DNA from: an uncultured candidate division Zixibacteria bacterium | Lineage (GTDB): Bacteria; Zixibacteria; MSB-5A5; UBA10806 | NCBI GenBank assembly: GCA_963817915.1 | Contig: CAWFQL010000006.1 | Location: 1-64,000 of the forward strand | Direction: 5' to 3' | Length of the DNA: 64,000 nt | Shown: positions 1 through 11,300 of the stretch, one piece after another | Position numbering within the stretch: the first letter of the stretch is position 1 | Layout of the letters: each line of letters starts with the position of its first letter | Translations under genes and position numbers: made by a program | The notes under the pieces: model-generated | The model's database searches: none | What the model saw: only the letters and a program-made list of their open reading frames with translations | What the model was told of the DNA's origin: nothing

Positions 1-12
1 CTGATGTGGTGG

Positions 13-1602
13 TTACCACACGGGAAGACCAAGCATCTGGCGCTGACGGGACCATTGCGCGGGCAGGTCGCAGAGGCGGGCCACTCCCAATCCGTGCGGA
101 AGACGACCATCGATGGCGGCCTTGACGAGGTCGGGCGCGAGGAAGGCGAGCGAGATTGTCTTGTTGATCTTCCGCACGCTGCAGCCCTCGCGGCCTGCGA
201 TGGTTTCGGTGCTGGACTGGGGATCCGTCATCAGTTCATTGAGCCAGCGGCGCCCCCGCGCAATCGATGCGACCAGCAGCGCGCGGCTTTCGGAACGGAT
301 GGGTCGGGCCTCCGCGCGCCGGATGTCAGGCACGAGCACTTCGCGGCGCCGGATTGATGGTGTCTTGCGCCACGGCACTTCGATCACGTTGCGGTGTTTT
401 TGCGTTCGTTTGGAATTGGCACCACCGGTATCGGCGAGTTCGATAACGAGTTGATCCGGCTGGACCTCAACCCGGACGACATGGGTGTTGATAAGGACTG
501 CGTCCTCGATCTCGGCGGCTGACGGAGGTGATTTCGAACGGCATTGGCGACGAGGGTCTCGACCTCTCGGGCCGGGATCCGGCTGACGGTACCGGCTTGC
601 TTGGGCCGTCCCTGCAGCAGAGCCGATGAGAGGTAGTACCGGTACTTGATGGCCCGTTTGCGGACATGGCTCGGGCTCATCCGATGGCCGCGATCATCGA
701 AGATGCGGCCCAACAGGAGAGCCTCTGACCTGGCCCGTGAGAGCTTGTGATTGGTCACCTGCTCGGTCAGCTTGGCCTGGACCGCATCGAACAGGTCTCG
801 ATCGATGATGGCGGGCTGCTCGCCAGCCAGTACCTCTCCCTTGAATGAGACCTCGCCAATGTAGAAGCGGTTGCGCAGGAGATGGGCGAGCGGACCCCGG
901 GTGAAGGCAATGCCGCCAACGGTTTCGCCGGTCTTCAAGGTTCGCACCTTGGTGACGATGCCCCGTTTGCGCAGGTCCGCCATCAGCAGGTTCAGGCTGC
1001 CAGAGCTTGAGATAGCTGCCGAAGATGGTCCGGACCCGCTCGGCCTCGGCTTCGTTGACGGTGATCTTGCGGTCCCTGGTGTCATAGCCAAGCGGCGCCA
1101 TGCCGCCGACCCAGAGACCCTTGCGCTTGGAGGCCGCAATCTTGTCCCGGATCCGCTCGGAGGTGACCTCGCGCTCGAACTGGGCAAACGACAGCAGCAC
1201 GTTGAGGGTCAGCCGCCCCATCGAGGTGGTGGTGTTGAACTGCTGGGTGACCGAGACGAAAGAGACACCGTGCTGGTCGAACAGTTCGACCAGCTTGGCA
1301 AAGTCGGCCAACGAGCGGGTCAGGCGATCGACCTTGTAGACGACGATGACGTCGATCTTGCCGGCTCGGACATCGTCCAGCAGCCGCTGCAGGGCAGGGC
1401 GGTCGGTGTTGCCGCCGGAGAAGCCGCCATCGTCATATTTGGACCGGATCAGGGTCCAGCCGGCATGGGCCTGGCTTCGGATATAGGCTTGCGACGCATC
1501 GTATTGGGCATCGAGGGAGTTGAAGTCCTGCTCCAGCCCCTGATCGGTCGAGACCCGGGTATAGATCGCGCAGCGAACCTGTTTTGATCCTCGACTATTC
1601 AT
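13..1602 (-). CDS. Large serine recombinase (resolvase N-terminal domain + recombinase domain), split by about 2 frameshifts
   Basis: N-terminal CAIYTRVSTDQG (catalytic Ser), DDGGFSGG, DRPALQRLL, VYKVDRLTRSL and FAQFEREVTSERIRDK in frame 694..2058 from the ATG at 1602. Continues in frame 384..1187 (LRNRFYIGE, GEQPAII, YRYY) and in 13..387 (LAFLAPDLVKAAIDGRLP). Confidence 0.9.
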
Positions 1603-2092
1603 GAGCTTTGGGGTCTTCGGACGGCTTGTCACGCAGGCCAAAGAACTTGGGCCCGTTCCAGCGGGTGCCGGTGATGGCCTGGGCGACCTTCGACAGGCTC
1701 GGATAGGTCTTGCCGTTCCAGGCAAAGCCATCGGCGAGAACGGCGACCCTCTGCATTCGGCCGTTCCATTCGCGGGCCAGCATCGTGCCTGGTCGTATCT
1801 CCGTGGTCTGCCGTTTGATCTCGACCGCGCGTTTGCCGGCGTCTTCAGGAGAGGCGGTTGCATCGAGCAACCGCTGACTTTCGGCATCAAGGTCACCCAA
1901 CCGATCGGCCTGCAGCCGATAGGCCAGAACGCGAAACAGGAGATGGCGGGGCAGGTGAGGGGGCGGTCGCCGCCGAAACAGGTTCTGCCAGCGGACCTGG
2001 AGAGCACCGATGTCGAGATCGCGCAGGTGCGCGATCTCGACATCCAGCGTCCTCGCATCCGGCAGCGCCGGGCCGACCTTGACGCGAGGCAT
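1595..2092 (-). CDS. DUF2924 domain protein
   Basis: LAYRLQADRLG, PGTMLAREWNG, YPSLSKVAQAITGTRWNGPKFFGL motifs; overlaps the recombinase start. Confidence 0.85.
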   Translation of the reverse strand: MPRVKVGPALPDARTLDVEIAHLRDLDIGALQVRWQNLFRRRPPPHLPRHLLFRVLAYRLQADRLGDLDAESQRLLDATASPEDAGKRAVEIKRQTTEIRPGTMLAREWNGRMQRVAVLADGFAWNGKTYPSLSKVAQAITGTRWNGPKFFGLRDKPSEDPKAHE

Positions 2093-2097
2093 GCCGG

Positions 2098-2496
2098 TCA
2101 GGCCGCGCGGCGCCTGGATTGTTTACCGGTTGCCTCGGCTTCAGTGCCATGATCGACGCGGTAGACCCGGTCACCGTCGACCTTCGTCGAGTTGAGCTTC
2201 AACTTCAGCTTCTTGCGCACGACTCCGGCCAGGAAGCCGCGCACCGAATGCTGTTGCCATCCCGTTTGCTGCATCATCGCAGCAATCGTCGCACCCGATG
2301 CCGATTGCAGCATCGCGATCACCTGCGCCTGCTTGGAGGTCGCGATTTTCTTTGAAATGCATCCAGAATGAGGGGCAGTCGGCTGCGCAGGTTCCTGCAA
2401 AGGTTTTGTCACCACGGCATTCGGGGACTGGGTCTTGGACGAAGATCGGGCGGGGGACTTGGCCTTCTTGGCAGACTTTGGCATCGAGATCTCCAT
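2098..2496 (-). CDS. DUF3489 domain protein (winged-helix-like)
   Basis: SKQAQVIAMLQ..GATIAAMM..TGWQQHSVRGFLAGVVRKKL..L...K..G.RVYR motif; typical position upstream of DUF2924 and the recombinase. Confidence 0.85.
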   Translation of the reverse strand: MEISMPKSAKKAKSPARSSSKTQSPNAVVTKPLQEPAQPTAPHSGCISKKIATSKQAQVIAMLQSASGATIAAMMQQTGWQQHSVRGFLAGVVRKKLKLKLNSTKVDGDRVYRVDHGTEAEATGKQSRRRAA

Positions 2497-3187
2497 TCGG
2501 TTGATGGCGGCTCGCGCCGCACCACCGAAGCCCCGCGTTGGCGATGGAGCCAGCGGGGCAGGATCTCAGGGGCGCTTTCCGCCCACAAGTGAGCGACAGT
2601 ACCGCTCCAATCGCGGTCAAATGCCAGTCGTTTCTGGATAATGTTATTGCTCAGTTCGGGCGCGTTCGAGTTGGGATGATCGAGGCAGCTGACCAGAAGA
2701 ATTCCGGCGTCCAGCCGCCATCGCCACTTGAAGCAGTCGCACAACATGCGCAGTTGACGGAATGGCGGGCTGCAGGTCTCCACATAAGCAAGTTCGGCCG
2801 CCGAACCGGCACAGGACGAGGTGGATGTCACGCACAAGGGGGAGACCTGGGCGAAGTCGAGGCCTCGAGCGTAGAGGCGGCCGATAGAAGCCGGCGGCCG
2901 AACGGTTCCAGTTCGGCAAGGGCAGCGCAAGCGGCTGCTGCTGCGGGAGTTGGGGTGAGCTGATGTCCCTCCCGCTGAAGAAGATCAGCACCGCAACGCC
3001 TTCCGCTCGAAGGTGGAGGCCTCGGTGTCGTCCACAAACCTCCCCGAGAACTTTCCGGCGTTTACAGCTCGCTAACTGGATAGCCTTAGCCTGTCAGAGT
3101 CCGGCGACACCCTGAGCGTAAGAGCCCCGGTCGTCGTTCTCCCAACGGGTCGGAGTTGGTAGGCGAGTTCTAACAGGACGCTGCACA

Positions 3188-3511
3188 ATGCCTCACCTTG
3201 CGCGCGTGTTCTTCATCGCTTGTCTATTGACCGCTACTGGATGCAGCCAAATAGCGCAAAAAGAGGAGGATAGGAAGGAAGTAGGTCGTCAACTAGCTGA
3301 AGCGTACTACTCCTGTGTACGAACATCATTCGCCTCCCAGCGTCCGACGATGGTCGACCGCAATATGGCAGTCGACCAAGCGTTTACGGTCTGCCAATCT
3401 GAAGAAGGGAAGCTTCAGACCTTCGAAAATGCGCTTTCGGAAAGCCAAAGCAGGAGCAACTCCATCTTGGCCCACCGCAATAAACTGAGGGAAGAACTCT
3501 CGAGGGGATAG
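3188..3511 (+). CDS. Hypothetical lipoprotein
   Basis: Signal-like N-terminus ending TATGC; AGGA upstream; helical body. Confidence 0.55.
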   Translation: MPHLARVFFIACLLTATGCSQIAQKEEDRKEVGRQLAEAYYSCVRTSFASQRPTMVDRNMAVDQAFTVCQSEEGKLQTFENALSESQSRSNSILAHRNKLREELSRG

Positions 3512-3581
3512 AGAAAACTCGTCGGCCTCGATGCTGACGGGCGGGTCGTCGCCAGATCTTCTTTGCAACGTCCCGGGACAG

Positions 3582-3824
3582 TCAGTCGGCGAGAAGCCGG
3601 AAGGCACACGCGCTTCGAGCCATAGTTTTGGCTATATCTGTAGCGCGCTCAGGCGTGAGGGGCTGGCCGCCGACAAGGTTATCCTGAAGGCGTCGACATT
3701 CTTGCGCTCGCTGAACCTGTTTCTCGAATTGAGGATTTGGACTGTCCCTCGCAGTCTGGCAGCCGATCAGCCAGGGCGGACCGGCGAGCAGGGCACAGAT
3801 GGTCCCGAGCTTTCGGAATTTCAT
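3582..3824 (-). CDS. Hypothetical small lipoprotein
   Basis: MKFRKLG...WLIGC lipobox-like start; two further Cys. Confidence 0.45.
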   Translation of the reverse strand: MKFRKLGTICALLAGPPWLIGCQTARDSPNPQFEKQVQRAQECRRLQDNLVGGQPLTPERATDIAKTMARSACAFRLLAD

Positions 3825-3889
3825 CCCAGTACCCACCGTCTAGGGGGACAAGCCATGCTGTGCGGCTAAAAAACGTGAGGGGGAAGCGG

Positions 3890-4327
3890 ATGCGGGAGCG
3901 ACCTCAGCGGCAAATGCGGGCTCCGTCTGAGATTTTCCAGCAAAAGATTTTGCCAGCCTACCACGAGTACCTTGCTCATCCGGCAGCCATGGGGCTGGCG
4001 AATATCCTTGCTGTGGCGATCAATGACCACCTCGAATGGACTTTTGAATATCATAAGGCAGGAGATGTTTCGCGTTTGCATGGCGCGAGTAGTCTCCAAC
4101 AATTTCGAGACGTAATTTACGGTTTGTGCCCCAATCTTGGAATGATGAAAGATTTGGCGGACGCCGACAAACATCGCGAATTACGACCAGATCCGCGACG
4201 AAAGCTTTTTTTATCGACACACGCATACGCGAGAGGAGAAGGTGGATTGTGGGTCAGCGGGTATGAAAAGCCATTTAAACCAGCGGCCGATGCGGCGGTG
4301 CGGTTCTGGAAGGAATGGTCGGACTAG
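3890..4327 (+). CDS. Hypothetical protein (all-helical, DLADADKH motif), lower GC than surroundings
   Basis: GAGGGGG SD before the ATG at 3890; globular-looking composition. Confidence 0.6.
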   Translation: MRERPQRQMRAPSEIFQQKILPAYHEYLAHPAAMGLANILAVAINDHLEWTFEYHKAGDVSRLHGASSLQQFRDVIYGLCPNLGMMKDLADADKHRELRPDPRRKLFLSTHAYARGEGGLWVSGYEKPFKPAADAAVRFWKEWSD

Positions 4328-4496
4328 AAATGCGATCCGCCTCCGTGCCGGCGGTTTCAGGATAGTTGCTTGCAGGAGCCTGTTTGGGATTACCAACTGA
4401 GGCTAGCGAAGAAGCGGGGGGATGAGGCCTCGTGCGGCAGCGAGGCCTCGTGGAGGCCAAACGGATTGCGGAGAGCTTACTGTATTCCTCAAAGGG

Positions 4497-4567
4497 TCAC
4501 TTTGCGGCATCGCAGTTCCGCGATGACTTGTCCCGGAGACCGAAGAATTTTGGGCCGTTCCACTGGG
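4497..4567 (-). pseudogene. 3' remnant of a second DUF2924 gene, cut by the IS21 left end
   Basis: Translates QWNGPKFFGLRDKSS, nearly identical to the C-terminus of 1595..2092 (RWNGPKFFGLRDKPS); abuts the IS terminal TG at 4568. Confidence 0.75.
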
Positions 4568-4689
4568 TGCAAAATCGCTTGCAATAGTGACCCCCTGAGG
4601 GGCGTTTTCGCGTCCAATTCCGACCCCCTCTGACGTCTTGTGTCAGCGTCCTTTCCTTTGGCCTTGATCGGCCGGGAAGGGCTTGGGGG

Positions 4690-6189
4690 ATGATTGGCGT
4701 GGACATGATCGGCCAGATACGGCGCGCCTATTTTGAGCAGCACCGGCCGATCAAGGAGATCGTGCGCACGCTGTCGGTGTCGCGCGCGACGGTGCGCAAG
4801 GTCATCCGCGGCCACAAGACCGAGTTCAAGTACGCGCGCGGTGTTCAGCCGACGCCGAAGCTTGGCGATTGGGTCGAGGTTCTGACGGAGATCCTGGAGA
4901 AGGAAGCCAAGCTGCCGAAGCGGGAGCGCCGCTCGACGCAGCGGCTGTTCGAGGAATTGCGCGGGCGCGGCTATGACGGCGCCCACGACAGCGTGCATCG
5001 GTTCGTCAAGGCTTGGCGCGACGAACGCGCGCGGGTTCCGGCCCAGGCCTATGTGCCGATGAGCTTCGCGCCTGGGGAAGCCTACCAGTTCGACTGGAGC
5101 CACGAGACGATCACGCTTCAGGGCCTGCCGCTGACGATCAAGGCGGCGCACATGAAGCTGTCGCACAGCCGCATGCCGTTCGTGCGCGTCTACTTCCGCG
5201 AGACCCAGGAACTGGTGTTCGACGCCCACGACAAGGCGTTCCAGTTCTATGGCGGGGTCTGCCGGCGCGGCATCTACGACAACATGAAGACGGCGGTCGA
5301 GGCGATCTTCGTCGGCAAGGCGCGCCAGTACAATCGCCGCTTTCTGCAGATGTGCTCGCACCATCTGATCGAGCCGGTGGCCTGCACGCCCGCCTCGGGA
5401 TGGGAGAAGGGTCAGGTCGAGAACCAGGTCGGCAATCTGCGCGACCAGATGTTCCGGCCCAAGCCGCGGGTGAAGAGCCTCACCGAGCTGAATGCGTGGC
5501 TGGAAGATCAGTGCATCGCCTACGCCAAGCGAACCAAGCATCCCGAGTTCAAGGACCGGACGATCTGGGACGTGTTCCAGGAAGAACGCGCGAGCCTGAT
5601 GGAGCTGCGCGGCCCCTTCGACGGCTTCGTCGAGAAGGCGGTCAGGGCCAGCACCACCTGCCTGATCATGGCCGATCACAATCGCTACAGCGTCGATGCG
5701 CGGGCCGCCGGCCGGATGGTGCTGGTGCGCTCCCATGCCGAACGCATCGTCGTGCTGCTGGGCGACGAGGTGGTCGCCGATCATCCGCGCCACTTCCGGC
5801 GCGACCAGATCATCTACGATCCCTGGCATTATCTGCCGGTTCTGATGAAGAAGCCCGGCGCCTTGCGCAACGGCGCGCCGTTCAAGGACTGGGATCTGCC
5901 GCCCGCCCTGACCCAGGTCCGCGCCAAGCTGAAGCACCACGCCGACGGCGATCGCCAGTTCGTCAAGGTGTTGGGCGCGGTGCTCGATCACGGGCTGGCC
6001 GCGGTCGAGGCCGCCTGTGCCGAAGCGCTGGAGGCCGGCATCGCCAGCGGCGATGTGATCCTGACCGTGCTGGCGCGCCGGCGGCAGCCCGCGGCGCCGC
6101 CCAGCATCACCACGCCCGATGCGCTGCGCCTGAAGATCGAACCCGTGGCCGATTGTGGCCGCTACGACAGCATAAGGAAGGTCGCCTGA
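4690..6189 (+). CDS. istA: IS21 transposase IstA
   Basis: N-terminal [31 protein letters not shown] motifs, NRYSV. Confidence 0.95.
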   Translation: MIGVDMIGQIRRAYFEQHRPIKEIVRTLSVSRATVRKVIRGHKTEFKYARGVQPTPKLGDWVEVLTEILEKEAKLPKRERRSTQRLFEELRGRGYDGAHDSVHRFVKAWRDERARVPAQAYVPMSFAPGEAYQFDWSHETITLQGLPLTIKAAHMKLSHSRMPFVRVYFRETQELVFDAHDKAFQFYGGVCRRGIYDNMKTAVEAIFVGKARQYNRRFLQMCSHHLIEPVACTPASGWEKGQVENQVGNLRDQMFRPKPRVKSLTELNAWLEDQCIAYAKRTKHPEFKDRTIWDVFQEERASLMELRGPFDGFVEKAVRASTTCLIMADHNRYSVDARAAGRMVLVRSHAERIVVLLGDEVVADHPRHFRRDQIIYDPWHYLPVLMKKPGALRNGAPFKDWDLPPALTQVRAKLKHHADGDRQFVKVLGAVLDHGLAAVEAACAEALEAGIASGDVILTVLARRRQPAAPPSITTPDALRLKIEPVADCGRYDSIRKVA

Positions 6190-6917
6190 TGGAACGCCAC
6201 GAGATTCTGGAGGCCATGAGCGAACTCAAGCTCTACGGCATGCGCGCCAGCTTCGACGAGATCGCCGGCAAGGGCCTCGCCCGGCGCGATGAGATCTATC
6301 CGCTCATCGCCAGCCTGATCCGGGCCGAGCGCACCCACCGGCAGGCCCGCTCGATCAGCTATCGCATCGGCGGCGCCAAGTTCCCGGTCCTCAAGGATCT
6401 CGACAAGTTCGTCTTCGCCGATACGCCGGTCGATGAAGGGCAAGTTCGCGAACTCGCCACCGGCGCCTTCCTCGACGCCAAGCGCAACGCGATCTTCATC
6501 GGCGGCACCGGCACCGGCAAAACCCATCTGTGCATCGCCGTGGCCTCGGCGGTCATCCGCGCCCGCGCCAGGGGGCGCTTCTTCAATCTGGTCGATCTGG
6601 TCAATCAGCTCGAGCAGGAGAAGGCCGCCGGCCGCAGCGGCCGGCTGGCCGAGAAGCTGCTGCGCTACGATCTCATCGTCATCGACGAACTCGGCTATCT
6701 GCCGTTCAGCCAGTCCGGCGGCCAGTTGCTGTTCCACCTGATCAGCAAGCTCTACGAGAACACGTCGCTGCTGATCACCACCAATCTCGCCTTCGCCGAT
6801 TGGCCGCAGGTGTTCGGCGACGCCAAGATGACCACCGCCATGCTCGATCGGCTGACCCACCACTGCGACATCATCGAGACCGGCAACACCAGCTGGCGAT
6901 TCAAAAACCGCAACTGA
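6189..6917 (+). CDS. istB: IS21 helper ATPase IstB
   Basis: TGATG overlap with istA; Walker A GGTGTGKT, Walker [23 protein letters not shown]. Confidence 0.95.
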   Translation: MERHEILEAMSELKLYGMRASFDEIAGKGLARRDEIYPLIASLIRAERTHRQARSISYRIGGAKFPVLKDLDKFVFADTPVDEGQVRELATGAFLDAKRNAIFIGGTGTGKTHLCIAVASAVIRARARGRFFNLVDLVNQLEQEKAAGRSGRLAEKLLRYDLIVIDELGYLPFSQSGGQLLFHLISKLYENTSLLITTNLAFADWPQVFGDAKMTTAMLDRLTHHCDIIETGNTSWRFKNRN

Positions 6918-7109
6918 AGAAAACTCCCCCAACCCCCCGACTTATCCACGTGGGTGCACAGGCACCTCCCACGGCCGCCGCCGCCAGCGCAATGGAACGC
7001 GCGGCGTCGGCCGCGGGGCCCTCCTATGCACTACGTGGATAAGTCTACTCGTTCAGTGGGGGGTCGGAATTGGACGCGAAAGGGGGTCGGAGTTGGAAGC
7101 GATTTGACA

Positions 7110-7783
7110 GCCACGGGCGTGCCGTCCGGTGCGCACATCAATCCGTATACGATCTGCGGACGGTCGGGCCGATGATCCCGGCTGTAGCCGGGTTTGGCCA
7201 GCGCGCAGCAGCGGCCCTCCATGTAGCTCGATGACACGTCGTAAAGCACCAAGGTGCCGTCGGCGAGGTGCCTCTGGGCCAGCGCCGCCTCGATGCGCGC
7301 TTGCTGCTCGATCAGCCAGTCGAGCGCAGCGTACACCTCGCGCTCGGCGACATCGATGAGACCGACCGACAGCGCCAGGCGGGAGGTCGCCGTCAGCGGC
7401 GCCAGCGCGCGGTGGAAGGCGAGCTTCGATCCCGGCGCGATGATCCGTTGAATGATCATCGCCTCAATCAGATTGCGCACGCGCTTGTCGACGCCAGAGC
7501 GGCCTTGCAACGTTCGTTCGAGCCCGAGCTTGCCGATCATGGCCTTCACCGCAGCCACATGGCCGTGCGGTAAACTGCGAACAATCTCGAAGCCGGGTTC
7601 TGCCGCGCGTTTGCCCGAGACCTTACCGCCATCGAGCAGCGCCCCAATGCCGTCGATCAGCGACTGCGGTAGCTTCGACAAATTCGCCAGCGTGCGCTTC
7701 TTGACACGCCCACCCTCGCGATAGCTCTCACGTAAGAGAACCGCTGGCGGCGACTTCCGGTTGGGAATGGTATCGATGAACAT
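7110..7783 (-). pseudogene. IS1634-family transposase, N-terminal part only, truncated at the IS21 right end
   Basis: LLRESYREGGRVKKRTLANLS, PHGHVAAV, LYDVSSSYMEG, GYSRDHRPDRPQIVYGL..PDGTPVAV, then runs into the IS21 IR. Confidence 0.85.
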
Positions 7784-7912
7784 GGCCGCAGGAATCACTG
7801 TTCGCGGCCGAGCGCAAGAGGGCTACATGGACACGCCGTTGCGAAGAAAAATTACCCAAAGCCCTGTCCCGACTCAGCTATCAAGTCAAAGACAGTGAAA
7901 AGTTCGGATTAG
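7110..7912 (-). mobile_element. Partial IS1634-family element; probable left end near 7912
   Basis: Transposase fragment plus upstream CTAATCCGAACT on the minus strand, which resembles IS1634-type termini as I recall them (not verified). The other end is absent. Confidence 0.55.
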
Positions 7913-8318
7913 GTAGCCGGTAAGGCCGGGATCGTCGGTCCGGACTGCAAGATGAAGGGGCGTCAGGCGGGTCTCCGAGTGTTGGAAGCCTTGCGACCGC
8001 TTCGCCATCGCCGACATAAACGGCGTCGAGAAGGGAGGCGACGGAAAGCTGCGGGGAAGGGTCGGGAGGCGCGATTATGGCGTTTCCGTCTTCTCGTCTC
8101 CTCGCGCGGAATTATGACAAACCACTGATCGCCGCCGCGGGCGAGATGACGACCGATTTCAAGGGCTGCGACGTCAGGGACGATTGATGCCAAACCATGT
8201 TCTGGATGTGATGTCTGCTACCGAGAGCTGGTTCGGATCCTGTCGGCGGCAAGGTCCGGCAAGATCGTGGCGTGTCCAGTAGAGAAAGATCGCCCACAAA
8301 TCTCCTGCTCGCTAGCAA

Positions 8319-11300
8319 TCACACAACAAACAGAATTCCCCTTGTTGGCAGGTTCGTCGCCTTCTCGATCGCTTCCACATACAGCGCGACTTGAGCGGTG
8401 TATGTGGCCTTGTTGGCTTCGAACTCGCCACCGGTCTTAAAGTCCACGACGGTCCAACCGGTGAAGTCAGAGGTTTCCTCGTGAAAAGCGAGATCGGCGA
8501 TCCCCTCGGCGAGAGTTCCGTCGGCGCGCCTCAGCAGGATGGGTGTCTCACGACGGAGGCCGCCGTTGTCGGCTCCGCGCGCCGCCCAGCGCATGATGGG
8601 ATGGAGGAGCGTCGCCTTAACAGTGGTTGCAGCGGCCTCGATCTCCTCATCAGTTGCGTCCACCACCCTTCCGTGGATTACCGCTGCAGTGTGGATCGCT
8701 TCCGGTGAGGATTGGAGGTCCACCGCAGCGAGGAGCGCATGTACGAGCACCCCAAAGCGCCGCCCGCGGGGACGCTCGGGACTGCCGGGGGATGTAACGA
8801 TCTCCACGTGAACGTCGCTCGTTTGCAGCTTCGGCACGGGCAAGCATCGTGACAGTCTGCACCGAAAGTGAGGGGTGCGACGCGCTGGCGAGAATTTCAT
8901 CGCGCGCCGTTTTCCAGCCGGCGTAGCTCGCCTCGCTGGCGGCTGCGGCAGTGCCGTCCGGATCGGGCTCGAGGATGCGCTGCTGGCGCAGCGGCGCCTG
9001 CTCCTCCACATCGAGCGACAGGACAGCCGGATCCCACCATGCGACCGGTGGCCCTCCGGCGCTCGGCCGGTGCAGGCCGGGCTGGACCGATCCCCCAGCA
9101 GGAGGAATACCCTCGGGACCACGGTCGAGTACGCTGTCGTCGCCGAAGGCCGGACACCCGGGCGCGGGACTGGCTTCGCTTGGCGTCTCCGAGCGGATAG
9201 AGAGCCGGGTTGAGCACGTCGAGCCAGCCATCGATCGGCTCGTCTCCGCATGACGGGCACGACGAGGAGGTCGCGCGCGCGAGTCGCCGCCACATAGGCC
9301 ACCCGCACCGCTTCCGCGCGATCGCGTCGTAGTTCCTCGTCGGCAGCTTCGAGGAGTTCGACCGGCGCACAGCCGCAGAGCGGCTCGAGCCACAGCCGAC
9401 GCGCCGGGTCGACGTGCCGGCTGGGAGTGTCCCGAGGTCGCAGGACAGGTCGGATCGGCCAGGATGACGACCGGGAACTCGAGCCCCTTGGCCTTGTGCA
9501 CGGTCATCACGCGAACACCCTCGGTGCCCTCCTCGACGATCGGCGCCTCGTCCGCCTCACCGGTCTCGGCATCCGCTTCGATGTGTTCGACGAAGGCTCG
9601 GAACGATGATGCGCATGCGCTCGAAGCGCCGCGCCAGGTCGATCAGCCTCAGGCAGTTGGCGAGGGCCTGCTCGCCAGTCGGCCAGAGCGCGATGCCGGC
9701 ATGCGCGCGCACCGCGTCGAGCAGCATCGTGATGGTTTGGGCAATCGGGCGGTGGTTACGCCCGACGTGAAGCCGCGCCAGCAGAGCCAAGCGCATCGGC
9801 GACCTCATGCGCAACGGGATCAAGCTGACTCGCGGTCGACGGCGTGCATCGGATGCAGCCGGCGGATTTGCAGCGCGCCATCGGGCTCAAGATATTGCCG
9901 GAAGGCGAGGAGCGCCTCGTCGCCGAGGGCGAAGAGCGGACCGCGCAGGGTCGCAAAGACCCTGAGCTCGTCATCCGGCCATTCGATCGCGGCGAGCGCA
10001 TTGCGCAGCGCGATGATCTCCTCGCGATCGTGGAACGAGCGGCCGCCGACGAGCACGTGGGGAATGCGCCGCGCCTCGAGCGCACGAACATAGGGCCGGG
10101 TGACGTCGCGGGAGAAGTCGCGAAATCGGCGGAAAAGGATGCAGATGTGGCGCGGCCGGATCGCGACCTGCTTGCCATCCTCCTCCACCGTCCAACCGCT
10201 CTCGTTCATCAGCCAGTCGATGAAGGCGCCGACAGCGTCGGGTAGCGACTCATCGATCCGCCAATTCACGACACTTTCCGTAGTCGCCATAGGGCCGGGG
10301 AACCGGCAGAGCGACGATCGTCGGCCGCCCCGCGATCTCGGGCCGCCAGGGCTCGAGCGGAACGTACGCGGCCTGGCTCCCATCCGAGCTGGCGCCCATG
10401 ACCGGGGCGAAGGCCGCATTGACGAAGGACTGCAGACGAGGGAGGCCGCGGAAGCTCGTGGTGAGGTGGAGGAGTTCGGCGCCTGTTGCCAGCAGTCTGT
10501 TCTTCACTTCCTCATAGACGGCCACGTCGGCACGGCGGAAGCGGTAGATCGATTGCTTGGGATCACCGACGAGGAACAGCTTTCCTGGAACGCAACGGAC
10601 ATTGCGCCAATCAGTCTCGCCAGGATCATCGGCAGCGAGCAGCAAGAGGATCTCGGCCTGGAGCGGGTCGGTGTCCTGGAACTCGTCGACGAAGAAATGG
10701 GTGAAGCGCTGCTGCAGCTCGGCGACGAACAGTTGCCGTTGTCGCGAATGAGGTCGCGCGCCTTGATCAGGAGATCGAGGAAATCGAGTCGGCCGGCGTT
10801 CGCCTTCAACTCTTCATAGGCGCTGATCGGCGACTGCAGCGCCTCGTGGAGGAGCGGCGCAAGATCGGCGTCGCTGGCCGCGATGAAGGCGTCGAGTTCG
10901 TCTTTGACGTTGTCGCGGCGGGCCAGCACCTCGTCACGTGAGAGAGCGCCGAAACGGGTTCGCTGAGCCCCCTTCCAGCCCCAGCTCCGTGCGCGGGCAA
11001 GATCACGGAGTGCCGCTTCGAGCCCGTCGTAGTCGCGACCGCGCACCGCTTCGAGCGCGCGCGTTCTCCTCGACGAAGCGCGCGATCTCGGCGAGATTGC
11101 GGGTGAGGTAGTCGCCGGGCCACGAGCTTTTGGCTCGCAAGCGACCCCACGCCGATCAGCTGCTCCATGATCGTGTCGATCGCGCCCGATCCGGTCGAAT
11201 GGGTCGCGCCGCCAGGGCGCGGGGAAATCGCGATGCTCGACGAGATTGCCGATCGCGCTGCGCAGCATCTCGCGCGGCTTGTTGTGCCTTTCGATCGCCG

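Larger units (their letters stand above)
4568..7109 (+). mobile_element. IS21-family insertion sequence
   Basis: TG...CA ends. IRL TGCAAAATCGCTTGCAATAGTGACCCCCT vs reverse-complemented IRR TGTCAAATCGCTTCCAACTCCGACCCCCT (22/29). Subterminal repeat CGCGTCCAATTCCGACCCCC at both ends; contains istA and istB. Confidence 0.93.

Noticed and set aside
2640..3180. Several overlapping short ORFs between DUF3489 and the first lipoprotein
   Set aside because: Low-complexity translations with no motif or convincing start; I cannot support any of them.
4489..6932. Long antisense or alternate-frame ORFs over istA/istB (4489..5991, 5013..6188 extension, 6162..6932)
   Set aside because: Shadow ORFs typical of GC-rich coding DNA; the true istB starts at 6189.
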